Part shown: positions 46,015 through 63,476 of the stretch, in pieces | Position numbering within the stretch: the stretch's first letter is position 1 | How the letters are laid out: each line of letters begins with the position of its first letter | Sequence record: MT968995.1 | DNA from: Escherichia phage vB_EcoM_WL-3 | Length of the DNA stretch: 64,000 bases | Strand: one strand, 5' to 3' | Translations under genes and position numbers: made by a program | Notes under the pieces: generated by a model | The model's input: the letters and a program-made list of their open reading frames with translations, nothing else | Told to the model about the DNA's origin: nothing | The model's database searches: none

Positions 46015-49000
46015 CAGTAAAAGCACCTTCAGTCACTAGTCTCAGAATTTCCAAGTTATCCGCAAATCAGGTGCAAGTACGCTGGGATGACGTTGGTGCT
46101 AATTTCTACTATTTTGTAGAAATCGCTGAGACAAAAACAGACTCGGGGGAAAATCTCCCGAGTGATCAATATCGTTGGATTAATTTAGGATATACAGCAA
46201 ACAATAGTTTCTTTTTTGATGATGCTGATCCACTAACATCATACATCATTAGAGTAGCTACAGCTGCACAAGATTTTGAGCAATCTGATTGGGTTTATAC
46301 GGAAGAGTTTGAAACTTTTGCTACGAATGCTTACACATTTCAAAACATGATTGAAATGCAATTAGCCAATAAATTCATTCAGGAAAAATTTACTCTTAAC
46401 AATTCTAATTATGTCAATTTTAATAATGACACTATAATGGCTGCATTGATGAATGAATCGTTCCAATTCAGCCCATCATATGTTGATGTTTCATCAATCA
46501 GTAATTTTATTATTGGTGAAAATGAGTATCATGAAATACAAGGTTCCATTCAGCAAGTATGTAAGGATATTAACCGAGTTTATTTGATGGAATCAGAAGG
46601 GATTCTATATCTTTTTGAGCGTTATCAACCCGTGGTTAAAGTATCTAATGATAAAGGACAAACCTGGAAAGCTGTAAAACTCTTCAATGACCGCGTAGGA
46701 TATCCTTTATCTAAGACAGTATATTACCAATCTGCAAACACAACATACGTTCTAGGATACGACAAGATTTTCTATGGCCGCAAATCTACTGATGTTAGAT
46801 GGTCAGCTGATGATGTCAGATTTAGTTCGCAGGATATAACATTTGCTAAACTTGGCGACCAATTACATCTAGGATTTGATGTAGAAATTTTTGCCACTTA
46901 CGCGACTTTGCCAGCTAATGTATACCGCATTGCAGAAGCTATTACTTGCACCGATGATTACATTTACGTTGTCGCCAGAGACAAAGTTAGATACATAAAA
47001 ACGAGTAATGCACCTATAGATTCTGACCCATTATCTCCAACATATTCGGAAAGGCTATTTGAACCTGATACGATGACTATAACTGGAAATCCTAAAGCAG
47101 TATGTTATAAAATGGATTCTATTGGTGATAAAGTTTTCGCTCTTATTGTTGGAGAAGTTGAAACATTAAATGCTAATCCTAGAACATCAAAAATAATTGA
47201 TTCTGCCGATAAAGGAATATATGTTTTAAATCATGCCACGAAAACATGGAAAAGAGTTTTTGGCAACACTGAAGAAGAAAGAAGACGTATTCAACCTGGA
47301 TATGCGAATATGTCAACTGATGGTAAATTAGTTTCTCTGTCTTCGAGTAATTTTAAATTTTTAAGTGATAACATTGTTAATGACCCTGAAACTGCAGCGA
47401 AATATCAGTTAATCGGTGCTGTTAAATATGAATTTCCTCGTGAATGGCTAGCTGATAAGCATTATCATATGATGGCATTTATAGCAGATGAAAAATCTGA
47501 TTGGGAAACTTTTACGCCTCAACCGATGAAATATTATGCAGAACCATTCTTTAACTGGTCTAAAAAATCTAACACACGTTGTTGGATAAACAACTCTGAC
47601 AGAGCTGTAGTAGTTTATGCTGATTTAAAATACACTAAAGTTATAGAAAATATTCCGGAAACATCGCCAGATAGATTAGTTCATGAATACTGGGATGATG
47701 GTGATTGCACGATAGTAATGCCAAATGTTAAATTCACGGGATTTAAAAAATACGCATCTGGGATGCTTTTTTATAAGTCTTCTGGTGAAATAATTTCTTA
47801 CTATGATTTTAACTATCGAGTGAGAGACACGGTTGAAATAATTTGGAAGCCAACTGGAATATTTTTAAAAGCATTTTTACAAAACCAAGAGCGTGAAACT
47901 CCTTGGTCACCAGAAGAAGAGCATGGATTAGCTGACCCTGATTTAAGACCATTGATTGGCACAATGATGCCTGATTCTTATTTACTACAAGATTCGAATT
48001 TTGAGGCATTTTGCGAAGCATATATTCAATATCTTTCTGATGGATATGGAACTCAGTATAACAATTTACGAAATTTAATTCGTAACAAATATCCACGAGA
48101 AGAGCATGCATGGGAATATTTGTGGTCAGAGATATATAAAAGAAACATTTATTTAAATGCTGACAAACGTGATGCTGTTGCAAGATTTTTTGAATCACGT
48201 AGCTATGATTTTTATTCTACTAAAGGAATTGAAGCATCATACAAATTTCTTTTTAAAGTTCTTTATAATGAAGAAGTTGAAATTGAAATTGAATCTGGGG
48301 CTGGTACTGAATATGATATAATCATTCAATCTGATTCTTTGACTGAAGACTTAGTAGGACAAACGATTTATACAGCTACAGGAAGATGTAATGTTACTTA
48401 TATAGAAAGAAGCTATTCTAATGGTAAATTGCAATGGACTGTAACTATTCATAATCTTTTGGGAAGATTAATTGCCGGTCAAGAAGTTAAAGCAGAAAGA
48501 CTCCCTAGTTTCGAAGGCGAAATTATTCGCGGGGTTAAAGGAAAGGATTTGCTTCAAAATAATATAGACTATATTAATAGAAGTCGATCATATTATGTAA
48601 TGAAAATTAAATCCAATTTACCTTCTTCCCGCTGGAAATCTGACGTTATTCGTTTTGTTCATCCAGTAGGATTTGGATTTATAGCAATTACCCTTTTAAC
48701 AATGTTTATTAATGTTGGTTTAACTCTTAAACATACGGAGACTATAATTAATAAATACAAAAACTACAAGTGGGATTCTGGATTGCCTACTGAATATGCT
48801 GATAGAGTAGCTAAATTAACTCCAACTGGTGAAATTGAACATGATTCAGTAACAGGAGAAGCAATTTATGAACCTGGCCCAATGGCTGGTGTAAAATATC
48901 CTCTTCCTAATGACTATAATGCTGAAAATAATAATTCAATATTTCAAGGTCAATTGCCTTCTGAACGACGCAAGTTAATGAGTCCTCTATTTGACGCATC

Positions 49001-49109
49001 TGGAACAACATTTGCACAGTTTAGGGATTTAGTTAATAAACGTCTAAAAGATAATATAGGAAATCCAAGAGACCCTGAAAATCCAACACAGGTTAAAATA
49101 GATGAATGA
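46011..49109 (+). CDS. 7: Baseplate wedge protein gp7
   Basis: 1032 aa; overlapping start with gp6. Confidence 0.93.
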   Translation: MTVKAPSVTSLRISKLSANQVQVRWDDVGANFYYFVEIAETKTDSGENLPSDQYRWINLGYTANNSFFFDDADPLTSYIIRVATAAQDFEQSDWVYTEEFETFATNAYTFQNMIEMQLANKFIQEKFTLNNSNYVNFNNDTIMAALMNESFQFSPSYVDVSSISNFIIGENEYHEIQGSIQQVCKDINRVYLMESEGILYLFERYQPVVKVSNDKGQTWKAVKLFNDRVGYPLSKTVYYQSANTTYVLGYDKIFYGRKSTDVRWSADDVRFSSQDITFAKLGDQLHLGFDVEIFATYATLPANVYRIAEAITCTDDYIYVVARDKVRYIKTSNAPIDSDPLSPTYSERLFEPDTMTITGNPKAVCYKMDSIGDKVFALIVGEVETLNANPRTSKIIDSADKGIYVLNHATKTWKRVFGNTEEERRRIQPGYANMSTDGKLVSLSSSNFKFLSDNIVNDPETAAKYQLIGAVKYEFPREWLADKHYHMMAFIADEKSDWETFTPQPMKYYAEPFFNWSKKSNTRCWINNSDRAVVVYADLKYTKVIENIPETSPDRLVHEYWDDGDCTIVMPNVKFTGFKKYASGMLFYKSSGEIISYYDFNYRVRDTVEIIWKPTGIFLKAFLQNQERETPWSPEEEHGLADPDLRPLIGTMMPDSYLLQDSNFEAFCEAYIQYLSDGYGTQYNNLRNLIRNKYPREEHAWEYLWSEIYKRNIYLNADKRDAVARFFESRSYDFYSTKGIEASYKFLFKVLYNEEVEIEIESGAGTEYDIIIQSDSLTEDLVGQTIYTATGRCNVTYIERSYSNGKLQWTVTIHNLLGRLIAGQEVKAERLPSFEGEIIRGVKGKDLLQNNIDYINRSRSYYVMKIKSNLPSSRWKSDVIRFVHPVGFGFIAITLLTMFINVGLTLKHTETIINKYKNYKWDSGLPTEYADRVAKLTPTGEIEHDSVTGEAIYEPGPMAGVKYPLPNDYNAENNNSIFQGQLPSERRKLMSPLFDASGTTFAQFRDLVNKRLKDNIGNPRDPENPTQVKIDE

Positions 49110-50106
49110 TTCAAGTGTTATCTATCGTGCGATAGTTACTTCAAAATTTAGAACAGAAAAAATGTTGAATTTTTATAATTCAATTGGAAGTGGTCCGGAT
49201 AAAAACACTATCTTTATTACATTTGGAAGATCAGAACCGTGGTCATCAAACGAAAATGAGGTGGGATTTGCCCCACCTTATCCCACCGATTCTGTATTAG
49301 GTGTAACTGACATGTGGACTCATATGATGGGAACCGTGAAGGTTCTTCCATCTATGCTTGATGCAGTTATTCCTCGTCGAGATTGGGGAGATACTAGATA
49401 TCCGGATCCATACACATTTAGAATTAACGATATTGTAGTGTGTAACTCAGCTCCTTACAACGCTACCGAATCAGGCGCAGGCTGGTTAGTATATCGTTGT
49501 TTAGATGTTCCTGATACCGGAATGTGCTCAATTGAGTCTTTAACTAATAAGGATGAATGCCTTAAGCTAGGTGGAAAATGGACTCCTTCTGTTAGGTCAA
49601 TGACTCCTCCTGAAGGTCGAGGAGACGCGGAAGGAACAATCGAACCTGGAGACGGGTATGTATGGGAATATCTTTTTGAGATTCCGCCTGATGTATCTAT
49701 AAACAGATGCACGAATGAATATATCGTGGTTCCTTGGCCTGAGGAATTAAAAGAAGATCCGACTAGATGGGGGTATGAAGATAACCTCACCTGGCAGCAA
49801 GATGATTTTGGATTAATTTACCGAGTTAAGGCAAATACTATTCGTTTTAAAGCATACTTAGATTCAGTTTATTTTCCTGAAGCTGCATTGCCAGGAAATA
49901 AAGGATTTAGACAAATATCGATAATCACGAATCCTCTTGAAGCTAAAGCTCATCCAAATGACCCAAACGTTAAAGCTGAAAAGGATTACTATGATCCGGA
50001 AGATTTAATGAGGCATTCGGGCGAAATGATTTATATGGAAAATAGGCCACCTATTATTATGGCAATGGATCAAACAGAAGAAATCAATATTCTGTTTACA
50101 TTTTAA
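49102..50106 (+). CDS. 8: Baseplate wedge protein gp8
   Basis: 334 aa. Confidence 0.93.
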   Translation: MNDSSVIYRAIVTSKFRTEKMLNFYNSIGSGPDKNTIFITFGRSEPWSSNENEVGFAPPYPTDSVLGVTDMWTHMMGTVKVLPSMLDAVIPRRDWGDTRYPDPYTFRINDIVVCNSAPYNATESGAGWLVYRCLDVPDTGMCSIESLTNKDECLKLGGKWTPSVRSMTPPEGRGDAEGTIEPGDGYVWEYLFEIPPDVSINRCTNEYIVVPWPEELKEDPTRWGYEDNLTWQQDDFGLIYRVKANTIRFKAYLDSVYFPEAALPGNKGFRQISIITNPLEAKAHPNDPNVKAEKDYYDPEDLMRHSGEMIYMENRPPIIMAMDQTEEINILFTF

Positions 50107-50110
50107 ATTA

Positions 50111-50130
50111 AGGGAGCCCATGGGCTCCCT
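50111..50130 (+). terminator. Intrinsic terminator (GGGAGCCCATGGGCTCCC then T-run)
   Basis: Perfect inverted repeat followed by TTTTTCTTT after gp8. Confidence 0.5.
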
Positions 50131-50137
50131 TTTTCTT

Positions 50138-50145
50138 TATAAATA
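50138..50145 (+). promoter_or_regulatory. Late promoter TATAAATA for gene 9
   Basis: TATAAATACTAT 25 nt upstream of gene 9 ATG. Confidence 0.55.
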
Positions 50146-50169
50146 CTATAAACTCATAAGGAAACCGCT

Positions 50170-51036
50170 ATGTTCATTCAAGAACCAAAGAAATTGATTG
50201 ATACCGGCGAAATTGGTAACGCTTCTACTGGTGATATCTTATTCGACGGTGGTAATAAAATTAATAGTGATTTTAACGCAATTTATAACGCGTTTGGCGA
50301 TCAGCGTAAAATGGCAGTAGCAAATGGCACTGGTGCTAACGGCCAAATTATCCATGCTACTGGATATTATCAAAAACACTCTATTGCAGAGTACGCAACT
50401 CCAGTAAAAGTTGGTACTAGACATGATATTGATACCTCTACTGTTGGTGTTAAAGTTATCATTGAAAGAGGCGAACTTGGCGACTGCGTTGAATTTATTA
50501 ACTCAAATGGATCAATATCAGTTACTAATCCTTTAACGATTCAAGCTATTGATTCAATTAAAGGCGTTTCAGGTAATTTGGTAGTAACTAGCCCATATAG
50601 TAAAGTAACTTTGCGCTGTATTTCATCTGATAATTCTACGTCAGTTTGGAATTATTCTATTGAAAGTATGTTTGGCCAAAAGGAATCACCGGCCGAAGGT
50701 ACATGGAATATTTCTACGTCTGGATCAGTTGACATTCCGCTATTTCATCGTACTGAATATAACATGGCTAAATTGTTAGTTACATGCCAATCAGTAGATG
50801 GAAGAAAAATTAAAACAGCAGAAATAAATATTCTTGTAGATACTGTTAATTCAGAGGTCATTTCTTCTGAATATGCTGTCATGCGAGTTGGGAATGAAAC
50901 CGAAGAAGACGAAATCGCTAATATTGCATTTAGTATTAAAACAAATTATGTAACAGCGACTATAAGTTCTTCAACTGTCGGTATGAGAGCAGCAGTTAAA
51001 GTTATCGCTACGCAGAAAATCGGGGTGGCTCAATAA
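50170..51036 (+). CDS. 9: Baseplate protein gp9 (long tail fibre socket)
   Basis: 288 aa. Confidence 0.93.
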   Translation: MFIQEPKKLIDTGEIGNASTGDILFDGGNKINSDFNAIYNAFGDQRKMAVANGTGANGQIIHATGYYQKHSIAEYATPVKVGTRHDIDTSTVGVKVIIERGELGDCVEFINSNGSISVTNPLTIQAIDSIKGVSGNLVVTSPYSKVTLRCISSDNSTSVWNYSIESMFGQKESPAEGTWNISTSGSVDIPLFHRTEYNMAKLLVTCQSVDGRKIKTAEINILVDTVNSEVISSEYAVMRVGNETEEDEIANIAFSIKTNYVTATISSSTVGMRAAVKVIATQKIGVAQ

Positions 51037-52841
51037 TGAAACAAAATATTAATATCGGTAATGTTGTTGATGATGGTACCGGTGACTACCTGCGTAAAGG
51101 TGGTATAAAAATAAATGAAAACTTTGATGAACTTTATTATGAACTTGGTGATGGAGATGTTCCATATTCAGCCGGTGCCTGGAAAACTTATAATGCTTCA
51201 TCTGGACAAACACTAACGGCAGAATGGGGAAAATCATATGCCATTAATACTTCGTCTGGAAGAGTAACTCTACAACTTCCTAAAGGAACTGTTAATGATT
51301 ACAACAAGGTAATTAGAGCTAGAGACGTATTCGCTACATGGAACATCAATCCAGTTACTTTAGTAGCTGCTTCCGGAGATACAATTAAAGGGTCGTCATC
51401 GTCAGTTGAAATTAATATTCAATTTAGTGATTTAGAGCTCGTTTATTGCGCTCCAGGACGTTGGGAGTATGTCAAAAACAAACAAATTGATAAAATTGTT
51501 AGTTCAGATATTAGTAATGTAGCTCGCAAAGAATTTTTAGTTGAAGTTCAAGGACAAACTGACTTTTTAGATATTTTCCGTGGAACTAGTTATAACGTTA
51601 ATAACATAAGAGTAAAACACCGTGGTAACGAATTATATTACGGCGATGTATTTAGCGAAAACAGTGACTTTGGCTCTCCAGGGGAAAATGAAGGCGAATT
51701 AGTTCCTCTTGATGGATTTAATATTCGATTAAGACAGCCTTGTAATATTGGTGATACTGTTCAAATTGAAACATTTATGGATGGTGTATCACAATGGAGA
51801 AGTTCATATACAAGACGCCAAATAAAAGTACTAGATTCAAAACTAACATCAAAGACTTCTTTAGAAGGAAGCATTTATGTTACTGATTTATCGGCGATGA
51901 AATCAATTCCATTTTCTGCATTTGGATTAATTCCTGGTGAACCCATTAATCCTAACTCTCTTGAGGTTCGTTTTAATGGAATTTTACAGCAGCAGGCTGG
52001 AACAGCTGGATATCCTCTGTTTTTGTGTGAAGGCGCTAGTTCAGATACACAAGAAGGATGTATATCTCTTGGTGGCGAATGGAAAGAATCAAACACAGAT
52101 TATTCTATAGAATATGAAGATGGAAAACCTACCAGTCTTTTATTTGATAGAAAATTTGAATCCGGTGACATTATCGTTATAACATGGTTCAATAACGATT
52201 TAGGAACTCTTTTAGAAAAAGATGACATTATTGAATTGACTGATGACCGCTATGTTAGCAAAGGATCATCTACTGAAGTTACTGGTGATGTGGCCTTAAC
52301 AGATTTTGATAAAATCGGTTGGCCAAATGTTGAAAAAGTTGATTCTTATACTAGAACGTATAATTCAATATCATCTATTTTCGATAGCATTTATCCTGTA
52401 GGTTCAATTTATGAAAATGCTATAAATCCAAATAATCCGGTGACTTATATGGGATTTGGTTCATGGAAATTATTTGGTAAAGGACAAGTTTTAGTAGGAT
52501 GGAATGATGATGTTACGGATCCAAACTTTGCTTTAAACAATAATGATTTAGATTCTAGCGGAAATCCTTCACATACTGCCGGTGGAACAGTTGGTACAAC
52601 ATCAGTAACGCTTGAAAACGCAAATCTTCCTGCGACTAAAACTGATGAAAGAGTTTTAATTGAAGACGAAAATGGATCGGTTATTATTGGGGGTTGCCAA
52701 TATGACCCAGATGAAACTGGTCCTATATATACAAAATACCGTGAAGATTACGCAACAACAAACTCTTCACATACTCCTCCTGCTAATATTAGTAATATTC
52801 AACCGTCTATTACTGTATACCGTTGGATAAGGATTGCATAA
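51036..52841 (+). CDS. 10: Baseplate wedge protein gp10
   Basis: 601 aa. Confidence 0.93.
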   Translation: MKQNINIGNVVDDGTGDYLRKGGIKINENFDELYYELGDGDVPYSAGAWKTYNASSGQTLTAEWGKSYAINTSSGRVTLQLPKGTVNDYNKVIRARDVFATWNINPVTLVAASGDTIKGSSSSVEINIQFSDLELVYCAPGRWEYVKNKQIDKIVSSDISNVARKEFLVEVQGQTDFLDIFRGTSYNVNNIRVKHRGNELYYGDVFSENSDFGSPGENEGELVPLDGFNIRLRQPCNIGDTVQIETFMDGVSQWRSSYTRRQIKVLDSKLTSKTSLEGSIYVTDLSAMKSIPFSAFGLIPGEPINPNSLEVRFNGILQQQAGTAGYPLFLCEGASSDTQEGCISLGGEWKESNTDYSIEYEDGKPTSLLFDRKFESGDIIVITWFNNDLGTLLEKDDIIELTDDRYVSKGSSTEVTGDVALTDFDKIGWPNVEKVDSYTRTYNSISSIFDSIYPVGSIYENAINPNNPVTYMGFGSWKLFGKGQVLVGWNDDVTDPNFALNNNDLDSSGNPSHTAGGTVGTTSVTLENANLPATKTDERVLIEDENGSVIIGGCQYDPDETGPIYTKYREDYATTNSSHTPPANISNIQPSITVYRWIRIA

Positions 52842-53500
52842 TGAGTTTACTTAATAATAAAGCGGGAGTTATTTCCCGCTTAGCAGATTTTCTTGGTTTT
52901 AGAACTAAGAAAAATGATATTTCGGTTATGAATAATCAGCCAGTAGGCGCTGTAACAATTTCACAAATAGCAAAAGGTTTTTATGACCCAAATGTAGAAT
53001 CTGCTATCAATGATGTTAGAAATATGGCAGAGCAACAGGTTGGAGCTGTATTAGTTAATATAAGCGGAGTATCTCCTACTGGCGTGCAACAAACAGACTA
53101 TTGGTCATTTGAAGGAACCGTTACTGATACTTCAGCCAAACCAGGTGATCCAGTTATTGTTAACATGTTTGGTATTCCAGTTAAAGCTACTAATGGAATG
53201 ACTTCAATCGAATTTACTAGTGCCGTTAGAGTAGCTCTACAGGAAATGGTTGTAAAATTTATTGCAATTGATTCATTTGAAGACCATCCTACCATAGGAA
53301 ATAAAATACAAGTTAAGTATTTAGATAACCAAGAACATATCTTAGAACAATACTCTGATAAAGGAATTACTTTCAAACAGGAAATAATTTCTCCTTCTAA
53401 ACCTGGGTACGGAACTTGGCAATTATTAGGTGCGCAAACTGTTACGCTAGATAGTCACACACAACCTACAGTATTTTATTATTTTGAGAGAGTAGCATGA
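52841..53500 (+). CDS. 11: Baseplate wedge protein gp11 (short tail fibre attachment)
   Basis: 219 aa from ATG overlapping gp10 stop (TAATG); track start 52823 is inside gp10. Confidence 0.9.
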   Translation: MSLLNNKAGVISRLADFLGFRTKKNDISVMNNQPVGAVTISQIAKGFYDPNVESAINDVRNMAEQQVGAVLVNISGVSPTGVQQTDYWSFEGTVTDTSAKPGDPVIVNMFGIPVKATNGMTSIEFTSAVRVALQEMVVKFIAIDSFEDHPTIGNKIQVKYLDNQEHILEQYSDKGITFKQEIISPSKPGYGTWQLLGAQTVTLDSHTQPTVFYYFERVA

Positions 53501-55047
53501 GTAACAATACATATCAGCACGTATCAAATGAATCAAAATATGTTAAATTCGATCCTACTGGATCGAATTTTCCTAACACTGTTACGACAGTGCAGTCTGC
53601 ATTATCAAAAATAAGTAATATCGGCGTAAATGGTATTCCTGATGCAACTATGGAAGTTAAAGGAATAGCAATGATTGCGTCAGAACAAGAGGTTTTAGAT
53701 GGAACTAATAATTCTAAAATCGTTACGCCAGCTACATTAGCAACAAGGTTATTATACCCAAATGCTACTGAAACTAAATATGGTTTAACGCGTTATTCAA
53801 CAAATGAAGAAACGTTAGAAGGCTCAGATAATAATTCATCAATAACGCCGCAAAAACTGAAATACCATACTGACGATGTGTTCCAAAATAGATATTCATC
53901 TGAGTCATCAAACGGGGTTATTAAAATATCATCTACGCCTGCGGCTTTGGCTGGTGTTGATGATACTACGGCGATGACTCCGCTAAAAACCCAAAAACTC
54001 GCAATAAAATTAATTTCACAAATAGCTCCTTCCGAAGATACTGCATCAGAATCTGTGAGAGGTGTGGTTCAATTATCAACTGTTGCGCAAACTCGTCAAG
54101 GAACTCTCCGCGAAGGATATGCAATTTCTCCGTATACCTTTATGAATTCTGTTGCAACACAAGAATATAAGGGTGTTATACGTTTAGGAACACAATCGGA
54201 AATTAACAGTAATTTAGGAGATGTTGCAGTAACAGGTGAAACACTAAATGGTCGAGGAGCTACTGGTTCTATGCGTGGAGTAGTTAAATTAACGACGCAA
54301 GCCGGTATTGCCCCTGAAGGTGATAGTTCTGGAGCATTAGCGTGGAACGCAGATGTAATTAATACGCGTGGTGGACAAACTATTAATGGTTCTTTAAATT
54401 TAGACCATCTTACAGCAAATGGAATTTGGTCACGCGGTGGAATGTGGAAAAATGGCGATCAACCTGTTGCCACTGAAAGATATGCGTCCGAACGAGTTCC
54501 GGTTGGAACTATTATGATGTTTGCGGGTGATTCAGCACCTCCAGGTTGGATTATGTGTCATGGTGGAACCGTGTCAGGTGACCAATTTCCTGATTATAGA
54601 AACGTAGTTGGAACAAGATTTGGTGGCGATTGGAATAATCCTGGCGTTCCTGATATGCGGGGTCTTTTCGTCAGAGGAGCTGGCACAGGCGGTCATATTT
54701 TAAATCAACGAGGACAAGATGGTTATGGAAAGGATAGACTTGGCGTAGGATGTGACGGAATGCATGTTGGTGGTGTTCAAGCACAACAAATGTCATACCA
54801 TAAACACGCCGGTGGTTGGGGGGAATATAACAGAAGTGAAGGCCCATTTGGCGCGTCAGTTTATCAAGGATATCTTGGAACTAGAAAATATTCCGACTGG
54901 GATAATGCTTCATACTTCACTAATGATGGATTTGAATTAGGTGGACCGAGAGATGCTCATGGTACACTTAATCGTGAAGGATTAATTGGTTATGAAACTA
55001 GACCATGGAATATATCATTAAACTATATTATTAAAGTTCATTACTAA
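53497..55047 (+). CDS. 12: Short tail fibre protein gp12
   Basis: 516 aa; ATGA-coupled to gp11. Confidence 0.92.
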   Translation: MSNNTYQHVSNESKYVKFDPTGSNFPNTVTTVQSALSKISNIGVNGIPDATMEVKGIAMIASEQEVLDGTNNSKIVTPATLATRLLYPNATETKYGLTRYSTNEETLEGSDNNSSITPQKLKYHTDDVFQNRYSSESSNGVIKISSTPAALAGVDDTTAMTPLKTQKLAIKLISQIAPSEDTASESVRGVVQLSTVAQTRQGTLREGYAISPYTFMNSVATQEYKGVIRLGTQSEINSNLGDVAVTGETLNGRGATGSMRGVVKLTTQAGIAPEGDSSGALAWNADVINTRGGQTINGSLNLDHLTANGIWSRGGMWKNGDQPVATERYASERVPVGTIMMFAGDSAPPGWIMCHGGTVSGDQFPDYRNVVGTRFGGDWNNPGVPDMRGLFVRGAGTGGHILNQRGQDGYGKDRLGVGCDGMHVGGVQAQQMSYHKHAGGWGEYNRSEGPFGASVYQGYLGTRKYSDWDNASYFTNDGFELGGPRDAHGTLNREGLIGYETRPWNISLNYIIKVHY

Positions 55048-55056
55048 GGATTACAA

Positions 55057-56514
55057 ATGATTGAATTAAAAGAGTTACCTTTTGTTGATAGCGTTCCTGA
55101 CGAAGGTCAGGAACGTATTTCATGGATTAAAAATGGTGAAGAAATATTAGGAGCTAGTACTAAGTATGGAAATGATGGATCAATGAATAGACCAATTGTT
55201 TCCGTGTTTAAAAACGTCGAAGTTCTTGATGAAAATGTGGGAATTCTTAAAACTGCCATTGAAACATCGCAGAAAGATATTAAAACAATTCAAGGAGTTT
55301 TAGACGTATCAGGAGATATAGAAGCGCTATCGCAGATCAGTGTTAATAAAAATGACATATCAAATTTAAAGACACTTACTAATGAACACACTGATATATT
55401 AACTGGAACTAATAATACAGTTGACAAAATTATTGCTGATATAGGTCCATTTAATGATGAAGAAAACTCTGTTTATAGAACAATTAGAAATGATTTATTG
55501 TGGATTAAACAGGAATTAGGACAATATTCTGGTCAAGACATTAACGGTCTTCCTGTTGTTGGTAATGCTAGCACAGGAATGAAACACAGAATAATAACAA
55601 ATAGTACATTATTATCTTCACAAGGCATTCGTTTAAGCGAATTAGAAAATAAATTTACTGAATCTGACGTAGGATCATTGACTGTTGAAGTTGGTAAATT
55701 ACGTGATGAACTTGGTAATAAACCGGTAGATTTTGGACCAAATATTTATAATAGATTAAACACTATAGATGATAAACAAACTTTAATAAATTCTGATATA
55801 GCAGAAATTAAATCTTCTATTGGATACCCAGAAAATGTTTCTATAATAACAGAAATTAATAATAACAAAAGTAGCATTGAAGCTATTAATAATGAATTAA
55901 ATCAGAGCGAAGGTGTTAAACAACGCTTAACGGCTATTGAAACTTCTATCGGTTCAGATGATATTCCTTCTAGTATTAAAGGAAAAATTAAAAATCACAC
56001 AACTTCTATTGAGTCTTTAAACGGAATTGTTGGTGAAAACACTTCGTCTGGTTTAAGAGCGAATGTTTCGTGGTTAAATCAAATTGTTGGAACTGACTCC
56101 AGCGGAGGACAACCGTCTCCTTCTGGATCTCTATTAAATAAAGTTTCAGTGCTTGAAGGAGAAGTTTCAGTTTTAAACAATAATGTTCAAAATATACAAG
56201 TTGAAATAGGAAATAATAGAACAGGAATTAAAGGTCAAGTTATTGAACTTACTTCACTTATAAATGGAAATAATCCTGACGGATCAACTGTTGAAGAACG
56301 AGGATTAACTAATTCTGTAAAAACGAATGAAACCAACATTGCGGCAGTTACACATGAAGTAAATACAGCTAAAGACAATATATCCTCTTTACAGAGCAGC
56401 GTTCAAGCTCTACAAGAAGCAGGTTATATTCCTGAAGCTCCAAAAGATGGCCAAGCTTACGTTCGTAAAGACGGCGAATGGGTACTACTTTCTACCTTTT
56501 TATCACCAGCATAA
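55057..56514 (+). CDS. wac: Fibritin (whisker) Wac
   Basis: 485 aa; coiled-coil segments; C-terminal foldon [27 protein letters not shown]. Confidence 0.95.
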   Translation: MIELKELPFVDSVPDEGQERISWIKNGEEILGASTKYGNDGSMNRPIVSVFKNVEVLDENVGILKTAIETSQKDIKTIQGVLDVSGDIEALSQISVNKNDISNLKTLTNEHTDILTGTNNTVDKIIADIGPFNDEENSVYRTIRNDLLWIKQELGQYSGQDINGLPVVGNASTGMKHRIITNSTLLSSQGIRLSELENKFTESDVGSLTVEVGKLRDELGNKPVDFGPNIYNRLNTIDDKQTLINSDIAEIKSSIGYPENVSIITEINNNKSSIEAINNELNQSEGVKQRLTAIETSIGSDDIPSSIKGKIKNHTTSIESLNGIVGENTSSGLRANVSWLNQIVGTDSSGGQPSPSGSLLNKVSVLEGEVSVLNNNVQNIQVEIGNNRTGIKGQVIELTSLINGNNPDGSTVEERGLTNSVKTNETNIAAVTHEVNTAKDNISSLQSSVQALQEAGYIPEAPKDGQAYVRKDGEWVLLSTFLSPA

Positions 56515-56517
56515 CAT

Positions 56518-56533
56518 GGGGCCGCAAGGCCCC
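56518..56533 (+). terminator. GC hairpin GGGGCC-GCAA-GGCCCC after wac (no clear T-run)
   Basis: Perfect 6-bp stem with tetraloop. Confidence 0.35.
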
Positions 56534-56545
56534 AAAGGATTTTAA

Positions 56546-58247
<1,702 letters not shown>

Positions 58248-58288
58248 TAAATATTATAAACTAATTAAAGCCCAGATTAGGAGAAATC

Positions 58289-61429
<3,141 letters not shown>

Positions 61430-61457
61430 TATTAAAGCATATTAAAGAGGATTAAAA

Positions 61458-63437
61458 ATGACTTTATTATCTCCGGGCATTGAGCTCAAAGAAACTACGG
61501 TTCAAAGCACCGTGGTTAATAACTCTACTGGTACAGCAGCTTTGGCCGGTAAATTCCAGTGGGGTCCTGCTTTTCAGATTAAACAGGTTACAAACGAAGT
61601 AGATTTAGTTAATACTTTTGGTCAACCTACAGCTGAAACTGCTGACTATTTTATGTCTGCAATGAATTTCTTACAATATGGAAATGATTTGCGAGTTGTG
61701 CGCGCTGTCGATAGAGATACCGCTAAAAACTCATCTCCGATTGCTGGTAATATTGAATACACAATTTCTACCCCAGGTAGTAACTACGCGGTTGGAGATA
61801 AAATCACGGTCAAATATGTTTCAGAAGATGTTGAAACAGAAGGTAAAATTACCGAAGTAGATGCTGATGGAAAAATTAAGAAAATTAATATTCCTACTGC
61901 AAAAATTATTGCTAAAGCTAAAGAAGTTGGCGAATACCCAACATTAGGTTCTAACTGGACTGCAGAAATTTCTTCATCTTCTTCCGGTTTAGCTGCAGTA
62001 ATAACTCTTGGAAAAATTATTACTGATTCCGGTATTTTATTAGCTGAAATCGAGAGCGCTGAAACTGCTATGACAGCAGTTGATTTTCAGGCAAATCTTG
62101 AAAAATATGGAATTCCAGGAGTAGTAGCTCTCTATCCAGGCGAATTAGGCGATAAAATTGAAATTGAAATCGTATCTAAAGCTGACTATGCGAAAGGCGC
62201 TTCTGCATTACTGCCAATTTATCCAGGTGGTGGTACTCGTGCATCTACTGCCAAGGCAGTATTTGGATATGGGCCGCAGACTGACTCACAGTACGCTATT
62301 ATAGTTCGTCGTAATGATGCTATTGTTCAAAGTATTGTTCTTTCAACTAAGCGTGGTGAAAAAGATATTTACGATAGTAACATCTATATTGATGACTTTT
62401 TCGCAAAAGGTGGTTCAGAATATATTTTCGCAACTGCGCAAAACTGGCCAGAAGGCTTCTCTGGAATTTTAACTCTGTCTGGTGGATTATCATCAAATGC
62501 TGAAGTAACAGCAGGAGATTTGATGGAAGCTTGGGACTTCTTTGCTGACCGCGAATCTGTTGACGTTCAGTTGTTTATTGCGGGTTCTTGTGCCGGTGAA
62601 TCTCTTGAAACAGCATCTACTGTCCAAAAACATGTTGTTTCAATTGGTGATGCTCGTCAAGATTGCTTAGTATTGTGCTCACCTCCGCGTGAAACTGTAG
62701 TTGGAATTCCTGTAACTCGTGCAGTAGATAATTTAGTTAACTGGAGAACTGCAGCAGGTTCATACACTGATAATAACTTTAATATCAGTTCAACCTACGC
62801 AGCAATTGATGGTAACTACAAATATCAGTATGACAAATATAATGATGTGAATCGTTGGGTTCCATTAGCAGCTGATATTGCTGGTTTATGCGCAAGAACT
62901 GATAACGTATCTCAGACTTGGATGTCTCCAGCTGGTTATAATCGTGGCCAGATTCTTAACGTTATTAAACTTGCTATTGAAACTCGCCAAGCTCAGCGCG
63001 ACCGTTTATACCAAGAAGCTATTAATCCAGTAACTGGTACAGGTGGCGATGGTTACGTATTGTATGGTGATAAAACAGCTACTTCTGTTCCTTCTCCATT
63101 TGATCGTATTAACGTTCGTCGTCTGTTTAATATGTTGAAAACGAATATCGGACGTAGTTCAAAATATCGTTTGTTCGAATTAAACAACGCGTTTACTCGT
63201 TCATCATTCCGCACAGAAACTGCCCAATACTTACAGGGAATTAAAGCTCTCGGTGGAATTTATGAATATCGTGTAGTTTGCGATACAACAAATAACACTC
63301 CGTCAGTAATTGATAGAAATGAGTTTGTTGCAACATTCTACATTCAACCGGCTCGTAGTATAAATTATATCCAACTTAATTTCGTCGCAACTGCTACTGG
63401 TGCAGATTTCGATGAGTTAACTGGTCTTGCAGGTTAA
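61458..63437 (+). CDS. 18: Tail sheath protein gp18
   Basis: 659 aa. Confidence 0.95.
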   Translation: MTLLSPGIELKETTVQSTVVNNSTGTAALAGKFQWGPAFQIKQVTNEVDLVNTFGQPTAETADYFMSAMNFLQYGNDLRVVRAVDRDTAKNSSPIAGNIEYTISTPGSNYAVGDKITVKYVSEDVETEGKITEVDADGKIKKINIPTAKIIAKAKEVGEYPTLGSNWTAEISSSSSGLAAVITLGKIITDSGILLAEIESAETAMTAVDFQANLEKYGIPGVVALYPGELGDKIEIEIVSKADYAKGASALLPIYPGGGTRASTAKAVFGYGPQTDSQYAIIVRRNDAIVQSIVLSTKRGEKDIYDSNIYIDDFFAKGGSEYIFATAQNWPEGFSGILTLSGGLSSNAEVTAGDLMEAWDFFADRESVDVQLFIAGSCAGESLETASTVQKHVVSIGDARQDCLVLCSPPRETVVGIPVTRAVDNLVNWRTAAGSYTDNNFNISSTYAAIDGNYKYQYDKYNDVNRWVPLAADIAGLCARTDNVSQTWMSPAGYNRGQILNVIKLAIETRQAQRDRLYQEAINPVTGTGGDGYVLYGDKTATSVPSPFDRINVRRLFNMLKTNIGRSSKYRLFELNNAFTRSSFRTETAQYLQGIKALGGIYEYRVVCDTTNNTPSVIDRNEFVATFYIQPARSINYIQLNFVATATGADFDELTGLAG

Positions 63438-63445
63438 TTGATTGT

Positions 63446-63459
63446 GGGGCTTCGGCCCC
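63446..63459 (+). terminator. GC hairpin GGGGC-TTCG-GCCCC after gene 18
   Basis: Perfect 5-bp stem with UUCG tetraloop. Confidence 0.4.
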
Positions 63460-63476
63460 TATTCTCGAGGAAACAA